DNA from: an uncultured Candidatus Saccharibacteria bacterium
GTDB lineage: Bacteria > Patescibacteriota > Dojkabacteria > SC72
DNA length: 64,000 nt
NCBI GenBank assembly: GCA_964514595.1
Contig: CAZEQZ010000001.1
Coordinates: 267,847 to 331,846 of the forward strand
Direction of reading: 5' to 3'
The notes under the pieces were generated by a model. It did not search any database. It was given only the letters and a program-made list of their open reading frames with translations, and had not been told where the DNA came from. Each line of letters opens with the position of its first letter. The stretch's first letter is position 1. A program made the position numbers and the translations under genes. Shown here piece after piece: positions 20,438-31,426 of the stretch.

Positions 20438-21919
20438 TTACTTTCCTCGGTTTTTTGAAAGCTGTTTTCTTATTTTAAACTTAGAACTTAAAGAATTAAC
20501 ATAATTCAAAGCTTCTGTCCTTTGGTATTTCTTACTCTTATCTGTACGTATCTCTACAATATCCCCAGTTTTCAGAATAGAGGATAGTTTTGTAGTTTTA
20601 CCATTTACCTCTGCAGATACAGCACTGTTCCCTACTTGGGTATGAAGCTTAAATGCAAAATCCAATACAGTATCGTCTTTATTTAAATCTAGTATTTTAC
20701 CTTTAGGTGTGAATGCAAATACCTCATCTTGAAATATACTGCAGTTAATAGGTAGGTCAATTTTACTGTTTCTTTCCTTTCTGTTTTTTTCCATTTGCTT
20801 GTGTATCTTCTCTACCCAATCGTACTGATTTGTGGGTTTGGCATATCTGGATTTAGATGCTTTATATGCTATGTGGGAGGCAGGACCGTATGTGTTGTAG
20901 TAGTACATATCTTCGGTTAGGATTTGAACCTCTATATCTAGATCTGATATTTCTGAGAATTTTATTGGAAATTGTATAGCTTGATATCCATTTGGTTTTG
21001 GATTAGAAATATAGTCATCAAAGAGATCATAGTCTGGTTCTCCATGGTCCATTAATTTTTCTAGAATATGAAAACAGGAATCATCAGTGTCAGTTATTAC
21101 CCTAAAAGCTATTAGGTCATCAACCCTGCTTATGTTTGGATCTATCCACTCTTTCTCATATTTTTTTAGTTTGTTGTATATACTATATTTCCCCTTTATT
21201 CGTCCCTCTATTCTTTTTTTAAAGGGAAGCTCTTTTGTTATTTCAATTAGTGTGTTTTTGTATTTCTCTAATAGAGAATTGTTAATCCCTGCGTCCTGCA
21301 TCTTTTTTGTAATGCTTTCGTATTCTGTGACTAGGTATTCTCTAAAGGCATTCTCCTCTATGTCTTTTTTAATGTGATCAAGATTGAGATACTCTGCCAA
21401 TACAGCATATATATTTAATGCTTTGTGAAGTGCTACTTTACATTCCTGTTGGGGTACTGTCTCTATGGTGCGCATGTCTTCCAAGGTATCTAATATTTTT
21501 ATGATAACTGGTCTGAGATCTTTTGAACTTCCCAATATATATTTAATAATTACTTCATCAGGAGTCTCAGTAGAGAGTGTACAATTTCTAATATCTTCTA
21601 TTTTGAGAAGAATATTAAGTACTTCTTTGCCAAAATTCTTAACAATATACTTTTCGCTTTCCTCATTTAGATGTATTTCATGTAGTATGGCAGATATTGT
21701 GGAGTTTGTATCCATACCATTTTCTATTGTTAGTAGGCTTGTGCTTAGTAGATGAAGTATTAAGGGTTCTCCAGAATATCTCTTTGCTGTTTTGTGATAT
21801 TCGCTTGCATGTTCTATTGATTTTGCAACAACATCCCTAAACTGTGTAGGGATAAGGGAGAGTATCTTCTTTTGTATATCTTCAGGCTTTTCCATAATTA
21901 GAAAACCCCCTACTTCCAC
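20438..21919 (-). CDS. rel: Short Rel/SpoT-family (p)ppGpp synthetase/hydrolase (HD, synthetase and TGS domains; no ACT domain)
   Basis: HD-like N-terminal domain. Synthetase motifs GRIKGKYSIYNK, DLIAFRVI and EVQILT. The C-terminal TGS is a ThrRS/GTPase/SpoT-like beta-grasp. Length 493 aa. Confidence 0.8.
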   Translation of the reverse strand: MEVGGFLIMEKPEDIQKKILSLIPTQFRDVVAKSIEHASEYHKTAKRYSGEPLILHLLSTSLLTIENGMDTNSTISAILHEIHLNEESEKYIVKNFGKEVLNILLKIEDIRNCTLSTETPDEVIIKYILGSSKDLRPVIIKILDTLEDMRTIETVPQQECKVALHKALNIYAVLAEYLNLDHIKKDIEENAFREYLVTEYESITKKMQDAGINNSLLEKYKNTLIEITKELPFKKRIEGRIKGKYSIYNKLKKYEKEWIDPNISRVDDLIAFRVITDTDDSCFHILEKLMDHGEPDYDLFDDYISNPKPNGYQAIQFPIKFSEISDLDIEVQILTEDMYYYNTYGPASHIAYKASKSRYAKPTNQYDWVEKIHKQMEKNRKERNSKIDLPINCSIFQDEVFAFTPKGKILDLNKDDTVLDFAFKLHTQVGNSAVSAEVNGKTTKLSSILKTGDIVEIRTDKSKKYQRTEALNYVNSLSSKFKIRKQLSKNRGK

Positions 21920-21954
21920 AGGGGGTTAGATAATATATTATTTCTTTCCCCCTG

Positions 21955-23175
21955 TTATGCTCTATATATCACAGTGCATAACTTTCTCCCAGCTCTAATC
22001 ATTAGAGGTTGAGAGTTCTTGATATCGAGAATGTGATTAAATTGGGTGACTTTCTCATCATTGATTTTAACAGCACCCTGCTCAATTAATCTTTTAGCTT
22101 CTGATTTACTACTTGCGAATTTAATTTCAACAAGAAGTTCATTTAATTGTATTTGCTCTTCTTTAATAGCTATTTCAGGGACATCAACATCCTTCTGCTC
22201 TCCTTGAAATACTGATTCAAAATATTCTTGTGCTTTGTCTGCTTCATCTGCACTAGTTATTTCAGAGGTTATCATATGTGCCAATTCCTTTTTAAGGATC
22301 ATTGGATTTTCTCCAGACTCTACTCTCTCTCTGTATTGCTTGACTTCCTTTAGAGTGGAGTTTGTTAGGATCTCAAATGCATCAACAATCATATCGTCTG
22401 TAAAGGCCATTACTTTACCAAATATTTCTTCTGGTTTATCATTCATTTTAATCATGTTCCCCTCACTCTTCCCCATCTTTGCACCGTCTGGTGTAGTTAG
22501 TAGCTTTCCTGCTAATACAATCTTTTCTTTTCCTAACTCAGACATGATTAATTCCCTTCCTGCCAACATATTGAATAGTTGATCATTACCTCCGACCTCT
22601 ACATCCACATTCATCATTACACAGTCATACCCTTGCATTATGGGGTACATAAATTCACTAATATATATTGGTTTGGCTGTTTCTAATCTCTTTTGAAACA
22701 TCTCCCTTTTAATCATCTGTTGTACTGTGAATTTGGAAGCTAATCGAATAATATCTCCAAAATTGAGAGGTTCTAACCAAGAGCTGTTGTATAGTATCTC
22801 TACGGGATTTTCTTTGTTGTCAATATCTATGATTCTAGATGCTTGTTCACGGTATAATCTCATATTTTCTTCTACCTGCTCTTTAGTCAACATCTGTCTG
22901 GCAGATGTCTTGTCTGAAGGATCTCCTATTCTTGCAGTGAAATCACCTATTAGAAATATAACATGATGACCAAGCTTTCTGAAATCTTCTAACTTCCTCA
23001 TTCCAACGGTATGACCTATGTGAAGTGTATCTGCTGTTGGGTCAAAACCTTGATATATTTTTATTCTTTTTCCTGATTCTAAAAGACTTTTAAGTGCATC
23101 TTTTGAAGGAAGTATATGTTCTACTCCCTTTTCTAATATTCTCTCTATTATTTCTGGATCTTTTCTGACTTCCAT
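21955..23175 (-). CDS. tyrS: Tyrosyl-tRNA synthetase
   Basis: HIGH (HIGHTVG), KMSKS (KMGKS) and a C-terminal S4 domain. Confidence 0.92.
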   Translation of the reverse strand: MEVRKDPEIIERILEKGVEHILPSKDALKSLLESGKRIKIYQGFDPTADTLHIGHTVGMRKLEDFRKLGHHVIFLIGDFTARIGDPSDKTSARQMLTKEQVEENMRLYREQASRIIDIDNKENPVEILYNSSWLEPLNFGDIIRLASKFTVQQMIKREMFQKRLETAKPIYISEFMYPIMQGYDCVMMNVDVEVGGNDQLFNMLAGRELIMSELGKEKIVLAGKLLTTPDGAKMGKSEGNMIKMNDKPEEIFGKVMAFTDDMIVDAFEILTNSTLKEVKQYRERVESGENPMILKKELAHMITSEITSADEADKAQEYFESVFQGEQKDVDVPEIAIKEEQIQLNELLVEIKFASSKSEAKRLIEQGAVKINDEKVTQFNHILDIKNSQPLMIRAGRKLCTVIYRA

Positions 23176-23230
23176 CCCTGCTATTATATATATATTGTTT
23201 TAACTTTTCCACATAGGAAAACAATTTTAA

Positions 23231-24445
23231 TTACTTTTTAATATACTTTTTGTTTTTAAGCTTATCTGGCATACACTGTTGCGCAGACTTTTTATTGGGA
23301 AGATCATGATCATACTCGTATCCCTTGCCATATCCTATCTCTTTCATAAGTTTGGTCTCGGCATTGCGTATATTAAGTGGTACTGGAAGATTACCATACT
23401 GTTCAATATCGCTCTTAACTTCTAACTCTGTCATATATGCGGTATTATCTTTGGGTGCATTAGAAAGATATATCGCAAGTTGAATTAAAAATACTCCGCA
23501 CTCTGGCATACCAATTTTCTGACATGCTTCATATACACTGTTTGCCAAAACTAATGCATTAGGATCAGCATTTCCCACATCTTCACTGGCAAATCTAAGT
23601 AGTCTCCTTGCAACGTATAGTGGGTCTTCTCCTGCTTGGAGCATTCTCCCCACCCAATATGAAGCAGCATCAGGATTAGATGAGCGCATAGACTTGTGTA
23701 TGGCGGATATTATGTTGTAGTGTTCCTCCCCGTTTTTGTCATAGTATATGGGTTTTTGTATTGTATTTTGTAGTATCTCTTCTGTTACCTTTGCTTTCTT
23801 ATTCTCCTCCTTTTGTGCTAATGCTAGGGTTGTTGCCATTTCCAATATATTAAGTCCTGATCGGATGTCTCCGTTAGAAAGATTAGCCATAGTTTGGAGT
23901 TCCTTTTTACCAATAGTTACATCAGGGAATTCTTTCTTAGCTACTTTCTTAAGTAGTTTGAATATATCTTCTTCGCTTTGTTGTTTGAATACAAATACTT
24001 TTGTTCGGGAAAGAAGTGGAGAATTAACCGTGAAGGAGGGGTTTTCTGTAGTTGCTCCTATTAATATTATGACTCCCTTCTCTACGTATGGTAGGAGTGC
24101 ATCCTGTTGTGCTTTGTTCCATCTGTGTATTTCATCTAGAAAGAGTATTGTTTTTTTCCCGTATTGTTGGTTAGAGAGTGCAATTTTAATAATTTTTCTA
24201 AGATGATCTTTGCCAGCAGTTACTGCTTGGAGTTTGTGAAAATCGTAGTATAGGTTTAGGGATATAATGTATGCAAGTGTAGTTTTTCCTGTTCCGGGAG
24301 GTCCCCAGAATATCATAGATGGTATGTTTTTACTGTCCAAGAATTTCTTAATGGGGCCATTTTCTCCTACTAGATGTTCTTGGCCAACAAATTCATCTAA
24401 TGTCTTTGGTCTGTATTTTGATGCTAATGGTTCATATATTCCCAT
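23231..24445 (-). CDS. rarA: Replication-associated recombination protein A (AAA+ ATPase RarA/MgsA)
   Basis: Walker A WGPPGTGKTT, Walker B LFLDEIHR and the MgsA C-terminal helical domain. Confidence 0.9.
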   Translation of the reverse strand: MGIYEPLASKYRPKTLDEFVGQEHLVGENGPIKKFLDSKNIPSMIFWGPPGTGKTTLAYIISLNLYYDFHKLQAVTAGKDHLRKIIKIALSNQQYGKKTILFLDEIHRWNKAQQDALLPYVEKGVIILIGATTENPSFTVNSPLLSRTKVFVFKQQSEEDIFKLLKKVAKKEFPDVTIGKKELQTMANLSNGDIRSGLNILEMATTLALAQKEENKKAKVTEEILQNTIQKPIYYDKNGEEHYNIISAIHKSMRSSNPDAASYWVGRMLQAGEDPLYVARRLLRFASEDVGNADPNALVLANSVYEACQKIGMPECGVFLIQLAIYLSNAPKDNTAYMTELEVKSDIEQYGNLPVPLNIRNAETKLMKEIGYGKGYEYDHDLPNKKSAQQCMPDKLKNKKYIKK

Positions 24446-24488
24446 GTACTATTATATCGTTATTTCTATGTGGTTGGTATAATTAGGA

Positions 24489-24914
24489 ATGGATAGGAAT
24501 TTTATGGAATGGTTTAGAAATAAGAAGGATGAGAAAAGTCCGGAAGCAAGAAAGCTAGATTCAGCATTAAGGGAGACTAGTTTAAAGCTTGAGGAGAATT
24601 TAAAAAATTTCGAGCCTAAATCAAAGAGATTATATGATTTAGATGGGAATATGTATTATCCTGATAATGGTTTTAACTCTTTTTCTATTCATGTGGTGAA
24701 TGTTAAGGAGAATAGAGAGGAGGAAATAAGCAGTACTAGGAAATATACGGGTTATGTAATTAAAAAGATTGATTATAGTATGAAGCCATTAGAATATGAT
24801 TATGATAGGTATTCAGGTATTGTGACTGAGAATTTTAATAGAATTATGAATGATGTAAATGAATTGATTGATAGGTATGAAGGGACAGATACAGATGTTG
24901 TTGTAACAGAATAA
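24489..24914 (+). CDS. Hypothetical protein (141 aa, soluble)
   Basis: Intact ORF divergent from rarA. I recognise no motifs. Confidence 0.4.
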   Translation: MDRNFMEWFRNKKDEKSPEARKLDSALRETSLKLEENLKNFEPKSKRLYDLDGNMYYPDNGFNSFSIHVVNVKENREEEISSTRKYTGYVIKKIDYSMKPLEYDYDRYSGIVTENFNRIMNDVNELIDRYEGTDTDVVVTE

Positions 24915-24921
24915 ATAGAAT

Positions 24922-25467
24922 TTACTTGCTGAAGTTTTTATAAATATAAAGAGGCACCTCGTTGCTTAACAATATTTTCTTTTCACCCTGTACTTCCTCT
25001 GCCCCATATCTGTATGAATATACTTCTCCCCCATTCTTAATAAATTCTTCTAACTTAGGTTTTAATATCCCCATACTCTTTTCATCTAGATAACAATATA
25101 CTTTTGTAAAATTTTTTAAATCAACCTTAAATATATCCTCTGCCTCAAATATAATATCTTTAGTTAAAGGAAATTGTATAATTCTTTTTGTCTTGGCAAT
25201 TATTAACATAATTGGAGATATATCATAACCTGTACACTTACATTTGCTAAACCTATGTGCTTTAAGTAGTAATCTTCCATCGCCACTGCCTAAATCTACT
25301 AAACTATCCTCTTTATTAAGCTCCATAATATCCACTATCTCTTCCAATACCTCCTTTGGGGTTTTAAAAAGAGGAACTAAGAATGCATTAATCATTAATG
25401 TGAGTATAAATCCTCCTACTAAAAGTACTACTATCATAACTATTCCCAACGTTATTCCATTTAACAT
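24922..25467 (-). CDS. Membrane-anchored class I SAM-dependent methyltransferase
   Basis: N-terminal TM helix, then the SAM motif I LVDLGSGDGRLL. Confidence 0.6.
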   Translation of the reverse strand: MLNGITLGIVMIVVLLVGGFILTLMINAFLVPLFKTPKEVLEEIVDIMELNKEDSLVDLGSGDGRLLLKAHRFSKCKCTGYDISPIMLIIAKTKRIIQFPLTKDIIFEAEDIFKVDLKNFTKVYCYLDEKSMGILKPKLEEFIKNGGEVYSYRYGAEEVQGEKKILLSNEVPLYIYKNFSK

Positions 25468-25504
25468 AGTGGTATAATTGTCAAAATATATTAAGTAGTA
25501 CTAG

Positions 25505-26191
25505 ATGATAGACGGAATTTTACTAATTAACAAGGAGGTGGGCATTACATCATATGACGTAATTAGAAGATTAAAGAAGATACTGCCCAAAGGACAAAAG
25601 ATAGGACACGCAGGGACGCTAGATCCCTTTGCATCGGGCCTATTAATCATTCTTCTTGGGAAATCAACAAAACAGATGGAAAAGATTCTTAAGATGGAAA
25701 AGGAGTATATAGTTAAAGCTGGGTTTGGATACTGTACAGATACACAGGATAGTACAGGAGAGAAAATTAATGTTTCTAATAGCTCCTCTCCTATTACCGA
25801 GAAGGAGATATTAAGGGAGATACAACAAAATTTCTTGGGTGAGATTAGACAAATGCCTCCTCAATACTCTGCAAAAAAAATAGCAGGTAGAAAGGCGTAT
25901 GAGTATGCAAGAGAGAATGAAAAGGTTATATTAGACGCAAAGCAAATACATGTATATGACTTTAAGTTATTAAATTATGAATGGCCATACGTAGAATTTA
26001 ACATAATCTGTTCAAGTGGAACATATATCAGGACTTTAATAAATGATTTGGGAGAAAACTTAGGAGTATATGCAACAGCTATTGAATTGGTAAGGACAAG
26101 GATTGGGGAATTTACTCTAAAAGATTCGGCTAAATCGGAGAATATTAATGAAGAGATGGAATTAAATTTAGTTAATTTAAACGATGCATAG
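25505..26191 (+). CDS. truB: tRNA pseudouridine(55) synthase
   Basis: Catalytic [13 protein letters not shown] motif. Length 228 aa. Confidence 0.9.
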   Translation: MIDGILLINKEVGITSYDVIRRLKKILPKGQKIGHAGTLDPFASGLLIILLGKSTKQMEKILKMEKEYIVKAGFGYCTDTQDSTGEKINVSNSSSPITEKEILREIQQNFLGEIRQMPPQYSAKKIAGRKAYEYARENEKVILDAKQIHVYDFKLLNYEWPYVEFNIICSSGTYIRTLINDLGENLGVYATAIELVRTRIGEFTLKDSAKSENINEEMELNLVNLNDA

Positions 26192-26876
26192 AGGGAAACT
26201 ATATATTGTAGCTACACCTATTGGAAATTTAGAAGATATTACAATCAGAGCTGTCGATATATTAAAAAGTGTTGCTTTTGTGTTAGCAGAAGATACGAGG
26301 GAGAGTAGAAAGTTGTTTGATAGATATGAGATAGGGACACAGCTAATATCATATAGGGATCAAAATCATGAGAAAATGATAGGTAAGATACTTGAAAAGT
26401 TGGATATGGGATTAGATTTGGCATTAATATCTGATTCAGGAACTCCTTTAATCTCAGATCCAGGATACAAGCTTGTGAGGCATCTTAGACAGTTAGAGTA
26501 TGAGGTTGTATCCATACCAGGAGCTTCTGCTCTGACATCGGCCTTATCTATTAGTGGATTACCAACAGACAGATTTGTTTTCTTAGGATTTTTACCCAAA
26601 AGTGATAGTAAAAGAGAAGAGATAATTAAACAGTATATGAATTTGCATAACACATTGGTTATATATGAATCACCAAAGCGTCTTCTAAGACTTATGTATT
26701 TACTTAACGAAATATTGGGAGAGGTTTATATATTTCTTGCAAAAGACATGACTAAACTTAGAGAAAGGCACTTACATGGGAAAATATCAAATGTGGTAGA
26801 CATTTTGCAAAAAGAAGAATTCTCGAAAAATCCTCGTGGAGAATTTGTTTGTATAGTTAATCCTGTTAAAGATTAA
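26184..26876 (+). CDS. rsmI: 16S rRNA (cytidine1402-2'-O)-methyltransferase
   Basis: Tetrapyrrole-methylase fold with LYIVATPIGNLEDIT and AEDTR. Overlaps truB by 8 nt. Confidence 0.88.
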   Translation: MHRGKLYIVATPIGNLEDITIRAVDILKSVAFVLAEDTRESRKLFDRYEIGTQLISYRDQNHEKMIGKILEKLDMGLDLALISDSGTPLISDPGYKLVRHLRQLEYEVVSIPGASALTSALSISGLPTDRFVFLGFLPKSDSKREEIIKQYMNLHNTLVIYESPKRLLRLMYLLNEILGEVYIFLAKDMTKLRERHLHGKISNVVDILQKEEFSKNPRGEFVCIVNPVKD

Positions 26877-27747
26877 GGAAAAGCTTCTCATAATTACTAT
26901 CTGTTACAGCTTCTAATTCTCCTACAGATATATTTTTTATTAATGCAGCTGTCTCCATAATTTCTCTCACATGAGATGGTTTAGCATATTTCTCTTTGAT
27001 TTTTTTATTCTTTCGTATTGATTGTGGAGGGAGAAAGGGACCATCTGTTTCAAAGAGGATTCTCGCTAGCGGTACTTTTTTTAATATTTCTCTTACATTC
27101 TCTCCGCTTTTGTATGTTATTATTGCATTAAAACCTATATGAAAGCCTAAATTCAATATGTCCTCTACAGATTCCAATCCTCCCGTATAGCTATGAAAGC
27201 AACCCTTTAATTGTCCTCTACCCTCTTTTGCAACTATATTAATAACATCCTTAACACATTGCTGCTTCCCGTTTTCATCACGTGCATGAATACTAAGTGG
27301 AAGGTTGTTTTCTTTAGCTAATTTAAGATGTGTTTTGAATGAATCTATTTGTATCTCTTTTATCTTCTCCCTATCTCCCTCGTTCATACTTTTGTTTAAA
27401 GTATATTGGTAGTAGTCTAATCCAGTTTCCCCGATAGCGGATAGATCAGATATATTTTTATCAAAGAGCTCTTTAAATTGCGTTATATATTTTTCACAAA
27501 CCTTATCTAGATTAGTTGTAATCTCCTTGCAGAAAGTTACCTCCTCAAAGAATGAAGGATGCAGTCCTAAAGCTACTTGTATAATACCTGGATATTTTTT
27601 TGCGAATTTGATTGTATCATCGAAATCTAGAATATCTGTCCCCTGTGTTAGTATATATTTCCCCCCTGTATCTATAAATTCCTGTATAACTTGATCCAAG
27701 TTTGAATTTAAGGGCTCAAGTGCTAAATGTATATGTGAATCGTGCAT
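26866..27747 (-). CDS. tatD: TatD-family metal-dependent DNase/hydrolase
   Basis: DSHIHL at the N-terminus and the GETGLDY motif. Confidence 0.85.
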   Translation of the reverse strand: MHDSHIHLALEPLNSNLDQVIQEFIDTGGKYILTQGTDILDFDDTIKFAKKYPGIIQVALGLHPSFFEEVTFCKEITTNLDKVCEKYITQFKELFDKNISDLSAIGETGLDYYQYTLNKSMNEGDREKIKEIQIDSFKTHLKLAKENNLPLSIHARDENGKQQCVKDVINIVAKEGRGQLKGCFHSYTGGLESVEDILNLGFHIGFNAIITYKSGENVREILKKVPLARILFETDGPFLPPQSIRKNKKIKEKYAKPSHVREIMETAALIKNISVGELEAVTDSNYEKLFLNL

Positions 27748-27811
27748 AGATTGATTTTATCATATATTAAAATAATAAACTTAGGGTAGATAGAGGTGGA
27801 AATATGGTAAA

Positions 27812-28531
27812 ATGTACTCTGTTATGAGCAAGGTAAAGCAAAAGAATTGGTTGGTATTGATAACGGTGTTTCTTTTTTCAGCAACAGCAGTACTGTTGTT
27901 TATAAACACTAAAAGAAATTTAGGAATAGGAATATGTTTGCATGAGGGTGTTGAATATCGACAAAATGAAATAATTCCGAATTACTTAGGGAAAAATAAT
28001 TGCTACTGCTCCTGGGATAGTAAAATAGAGTGTGATGATGAGGATGGAATATCGTATGAGTCATTTACATCCGAATCTTTACAATTTTCATATAGTTTTA
28101 GGAATTTCTTAGAGAAAGATACTCCAGATTTCTCTAAAATTACTTTATCGGATATTGAGTATAGTGAGGGTGGATTGAAAGTTGTCTTAGACAGGGAAGC
28201 GTTGTGTAGTATTAATGGGGAAGCCCCAACGCAGGTAGGTATGTATGAATTAGGAAATGAGCAATTACTGCTGACCTCTATCACAAACAGGGATGCATCT
28301 TTGTATATGAGAAGTTGTGTAATAGGCAATACTTTTGTTCTGGAAGGTTTCTCTCTGGAGGAAAAAGATGAATTCAAGGTCTTGTATATCAATGAGGCAG
28401 GATTTATGTATGATCTTAAGGCATGTTTCTCTAATGGGAAGTTGTATGCGACAGGAGATGTTTTTAAGGATGTGAAGAATAATATGCTATGTACATGTGA
28501 AGAAGATGGTGTGAAGTGTGAGGACTTATAG
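27812..28531 (+). CDS. Hypothetical membrane-anchored cysteine-rich extracytoplasmic protein
   Basis: N-terminal TM, then a domain with about 11 Cys (CYCSW, CEDL and others). No recognisable family. Confidence 0.45.
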   Translation: MYSVMSKVKQKNWLVLITVFLFSATAVLLFINTKRNLGIGICLHEGVEYRQNEIIPNYLGKNNCYCSWDSKIECDDEDGISYESFTSESLQFSYSFRNFLEKDTPDFSKITLSDIEYSEGGLKVVLDREALCSINGEAPTQVGMYELGNEQLLLTSITNRDASLYMRSCVIGNTFVLEGFSLEEKDEFKVLYINEAGFMYDLKACFSNGKLYATGDVFKDVKNNMLCTCEEDGVKCEDL

Positions 28532-29554
28532 CAATCCTACATAGAGACCGATTATGCATGTCAGTATTGTAAATAGCCAAAATCGCATAGTTACTTTATA
28601 CTGAGGCCATCCATTAGCTTGAAAGTGGTGATGTATCGGAGCTATCTTGAATACTCTCTTTTTGAAAAACCTCATACTGAACATCTGTATAGCGCTTGAT
28701 GCCATGATTAGCCAAGTAATTGATGTCATAACAAAATATGCGGGAATATTATTTGTTACCAAAGCAACAAAAAACATAGTATATCCTAGTGGCATAGCAC
28801 CTGGGCCACCATTCCAAAATCTTGCTGGAGGTATATTGAAATAAAGATCAATTACCTGCACACCTAATATTATGAATAGTATCGGAACAAATTCATACTT
28901 ACCTTGAATAGTGAGTAGGAAAATAAATGCAAAATTTATTATTGTAAATATTCCCATCATCAATCCGTCTGCACCATCTGTTAATTCTGCTGCATAAATT
29001 GCAAACTGCCCTACCGCTCCTATGATAACCAGAATTAATGGTGTGATGTTAATTAGTAACAGATCGAACAAAGATATACTTGTGAATTGTCCTGTTCTGT
29101 ATAGTAGCCACATGACTAGAATATTTAATAAAATCGAGAAGGTAAGCTTTCCAATTCTCCATTCAAATGTCTCTTGAAAAGCACGCATTTTCTCATTATG
29201 CTTAAAACCATTTGTGAATACTACAACGTCTATAAAGCCCCAGAAACCAAAAAGAAGGAAACCAAATAGAAAAACTTTAACAATGGGGGTCATTGTTATT
29301 GTCAATAAAATTACTAAGGGTACTATAATCCATATTAATATTCCTCCCATGTTTGGAGTTCCATTGGTAGTAGAAGATTTCATAATCTTCATAAATAGGG
29401 TATTATCACCATCTCCTGCCCCTATTTTAGATTTGGTAAGACCACTTACCTGATTAAATTTATACAAAATAGAAATCATAATTGGGGCAAATATCGCAGA
29501 GATGGCTGTAGCTAGAAACAGTGTTTCAAGTCCTTTTTTCAAAACATCTATCAT
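28526..29554 (-). CDS. mraY: Phospho-N-acetylmuramoyl-pentapeptide transferase
   Basis: Ten-TM protein carrying the MraY signature with conserved Asp/His. Confidence 0.92.
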   Translation of the reverse strand: MIDVLKKGLETLFLATAISAIFAPIMISILYKFNQVSGLTKSKIGAGDGDNTLFMKIMKSSTTNGTPNMGGILIWIIVPLVILLTITMTPIVKVFLFGFLLFGFWGFIDVVVFTNGFKHNEKMRAFQETFEWRIGKLTFSILLNILVMWLLYRTGQFTSISLFDLLLINITPLILVIIGAVGQFAIYAAELTDGADGLMMGIFTIINFAFIFLLTIQGKYEFVPILFIILGVQVIDLYFNIPPARFWNGGPGAMPLGYTMFFVALVTNNIPAYFVMTSITWLIMASSAIQMFSMRFFKKRVFKIAPIHHHFQANGWPQYKVTMRFWLFTILTCIIGLYVGLL

Positions 29555-29593
29555 TAGAATCTTTATATTTAAAGTTATTCCGTTATTATTATC

Positions 29594-31426
29594 TCAATTT
29601 TGCTTCTGTATTTCCAGATCATCTGCTATTGCTAGAAATATATCACGCCATACCGGGACCGTTGTTAAACTTGCGAAGCCAGCACTCTTGGGCTCTTGTA
29701 GTTTTACCAGCATAATCATTTTAGGATCATTAGAGGGTGCAAAGCCAATAACAGTATCATTTGTAAATCTCTCATCGTATCCCCCAATACCCTCTCTTGC
29801 TATTTGTGCAGTTCCAGTTTTTGCAGCAATATCATAATCCATAAGTGGGAGGGCGTATGCACTAAGAGAATTTTCTTTTACTGCTTTAGCTAGAGCCTCT
29901 TTTATTATATCTGCAGTTTCTTTGGATATAGGTGTTGATAATATTTGAGGCTTTATCTCAATGGTTTCTTTCTCGTCCTTTATCTCGGAAATAATGTATG
30001 GTCTCATTCTAACTCCACCGTTTGCGAATGTGCTAATAGCAGAAAGGACTTGAAGAGGTGTTGCCGCTATACCTCCCTGTCCATACGATGTGGTTATAAT
30101 GTCTAAATTAGTCCAGAGATTTTTAGGCCTGAGATAGCTTGTACTTTCCTCTTGTAGGCCTATTCCTATGAATTCTCCAACTCCAAAATCTTTAAGTGAT
30201 GAATAGAATTGATTGAAATCCATTTTTAGAGCCACTTGTGCTGTACAGGGGTTGTTTGATTTCCCAAATATTCCAGAAAGATCAAGCAATCCAGCAGGAA
30301 GTCTATTCCAAGTGTATATTTTTTGTCCTATTTGGTCTGCATATCCGGTTGCTTCATACAGATCTAGATATCCTTTATTATCATTACATGTATACTCTTT
30401 ATCTATAATACCTGTCTCAAGAGCTATTGCTATAGTAATGGGCTTTTGAACAGAGCCATACTCATATACATCTGATATTGCTCTGTTCTTTAATATCCAT
30501 GGTTCAGATATTCTCCAATATTCATTGGGATCATAAGAGGGATAATTTGCCATGGCCAATATAGCTCCAGTTTTGGGATTCATAATAATTGCAGTACCAC
30601 TCTTTGCCCTGCTCTCCTTAACACCCTCCTCTAAAATTTCTTCAACTTTGCTTTGTAGGTTTGGAACTATGGTAAGCTTAAAATCTTTTCCTTCTCTGGG
30701 AAGAATAGGTTCATACTCTGCAGTCAAGATAACATTTCCGGAAGAATCTTTCTCTTCATATGAGTACCCCTCTCTTCCTGTGATATCACCGTAGTAGTAG
30801 CCCTGTATTCCGTATTGTCCTACTAAATCACCATTTTCGTCTCTTCCTATAAAACCAAGTATATGAGATGCTAATTGATTATTTGGGTATACTCTCTTCT
30901 CTTCATTTTCAAAATAAAGACCAAAGCCTTGGGTCCCTGGACCAAATATTTCTGCCTGTTCTAAAGCTTTCTTCTTCTCAGTGTCTACCTCTTTCTTTAA
31001 TGAGGCATATACAAAATCATCTGTAATTTTAGATTCTATCTCAGAAGTTTCTACATTAAGTATAGAAGCGACTTCATTCACAAACCTTTCTTTGTTATCA
31101 AAGAAAAGTTCTCTCTCATCCTCATCATTGCTTAGCGTTGCGTATATGTTCCAAACAGGCTCGTCTACGGCCAAAACTGTACCATCAGATGCAGTTATTA
31201 CTCCTCTTGGCGCCACCTGAATCCTATTTGTTTTGTACTGATCCTGGGCCATTTCTTGGAATTTGTCGGCAAATATTATTTGCCATCTAAATATCTGGAA
31301 TATGAGAATTGCTGCTAATAGAGTAATGCTGTATCCGACAATTACTAAATTAGATATTTTCTTTTCCTTTGAATTGCTTCTTGCAAGAGATCCCTTTTTT
31401 CTATTGAAGTGATTAAGGCTTGACAT
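29594..31426 (-). CDS. ftsI: Peptidoglycan D,D-transpeptidase FtsI/PBP2-type
   Basis: N-terminal TM, dimerisation domain, and a transpeptidase domain with SxxK, SxN and KTGT (AAKTGTAQ). Confidence 0.85.
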   Translation of the reverse strand: MSSLNHFNRKKGSLARSNSKEKKISNLVIVGYSITLLAAILIFQIFRWQIIFADKFQEMAQDQYKTNRIQVAPRGVITASDGTVLAVDEPVWNIYATLSNDEDERELFFDNKERFVNEVASILNVETSEIESKITDDFVYASLKKEVDTEKKKALEQAEIFGPGTQGFGLYFENEEKRVYPNNQLASHILGFIGRDENGDLVGQYGIQGYYYGDITGREGYSYEEKDSSGNVILTAEYEPILPREGKDFKLTIVPNLQSKVEEILEEGVKESRAKSGTAIIMNPKTGAILAMANYPSYDPNEYWRISEPWILKNRAISDVYEYGSVQKPITIAIALETGIIDKEYTCNDNKGYLDLYEATGYADQIGQKIYTWNRLPAGLLDLSGIFGKSNNPCTAQVALKMDFNQFYSSLKDFGVGEFIGIGLQEESTSYLRPKNLWTNLDIITTSYGQGGIAATPLQVLSAISTFANGGVRMRPYIISEIKDEKETIEIKPQILSTPISKETADIIKEALAKAVKENSLSAYALPLMDYDIAAKTGTAQIAREGIGGYDERFTNDTVIGFAPSNDPKMIMLVKLQEPKSAGFASLTTVPVWRDIFLAIADDLEIQKQN

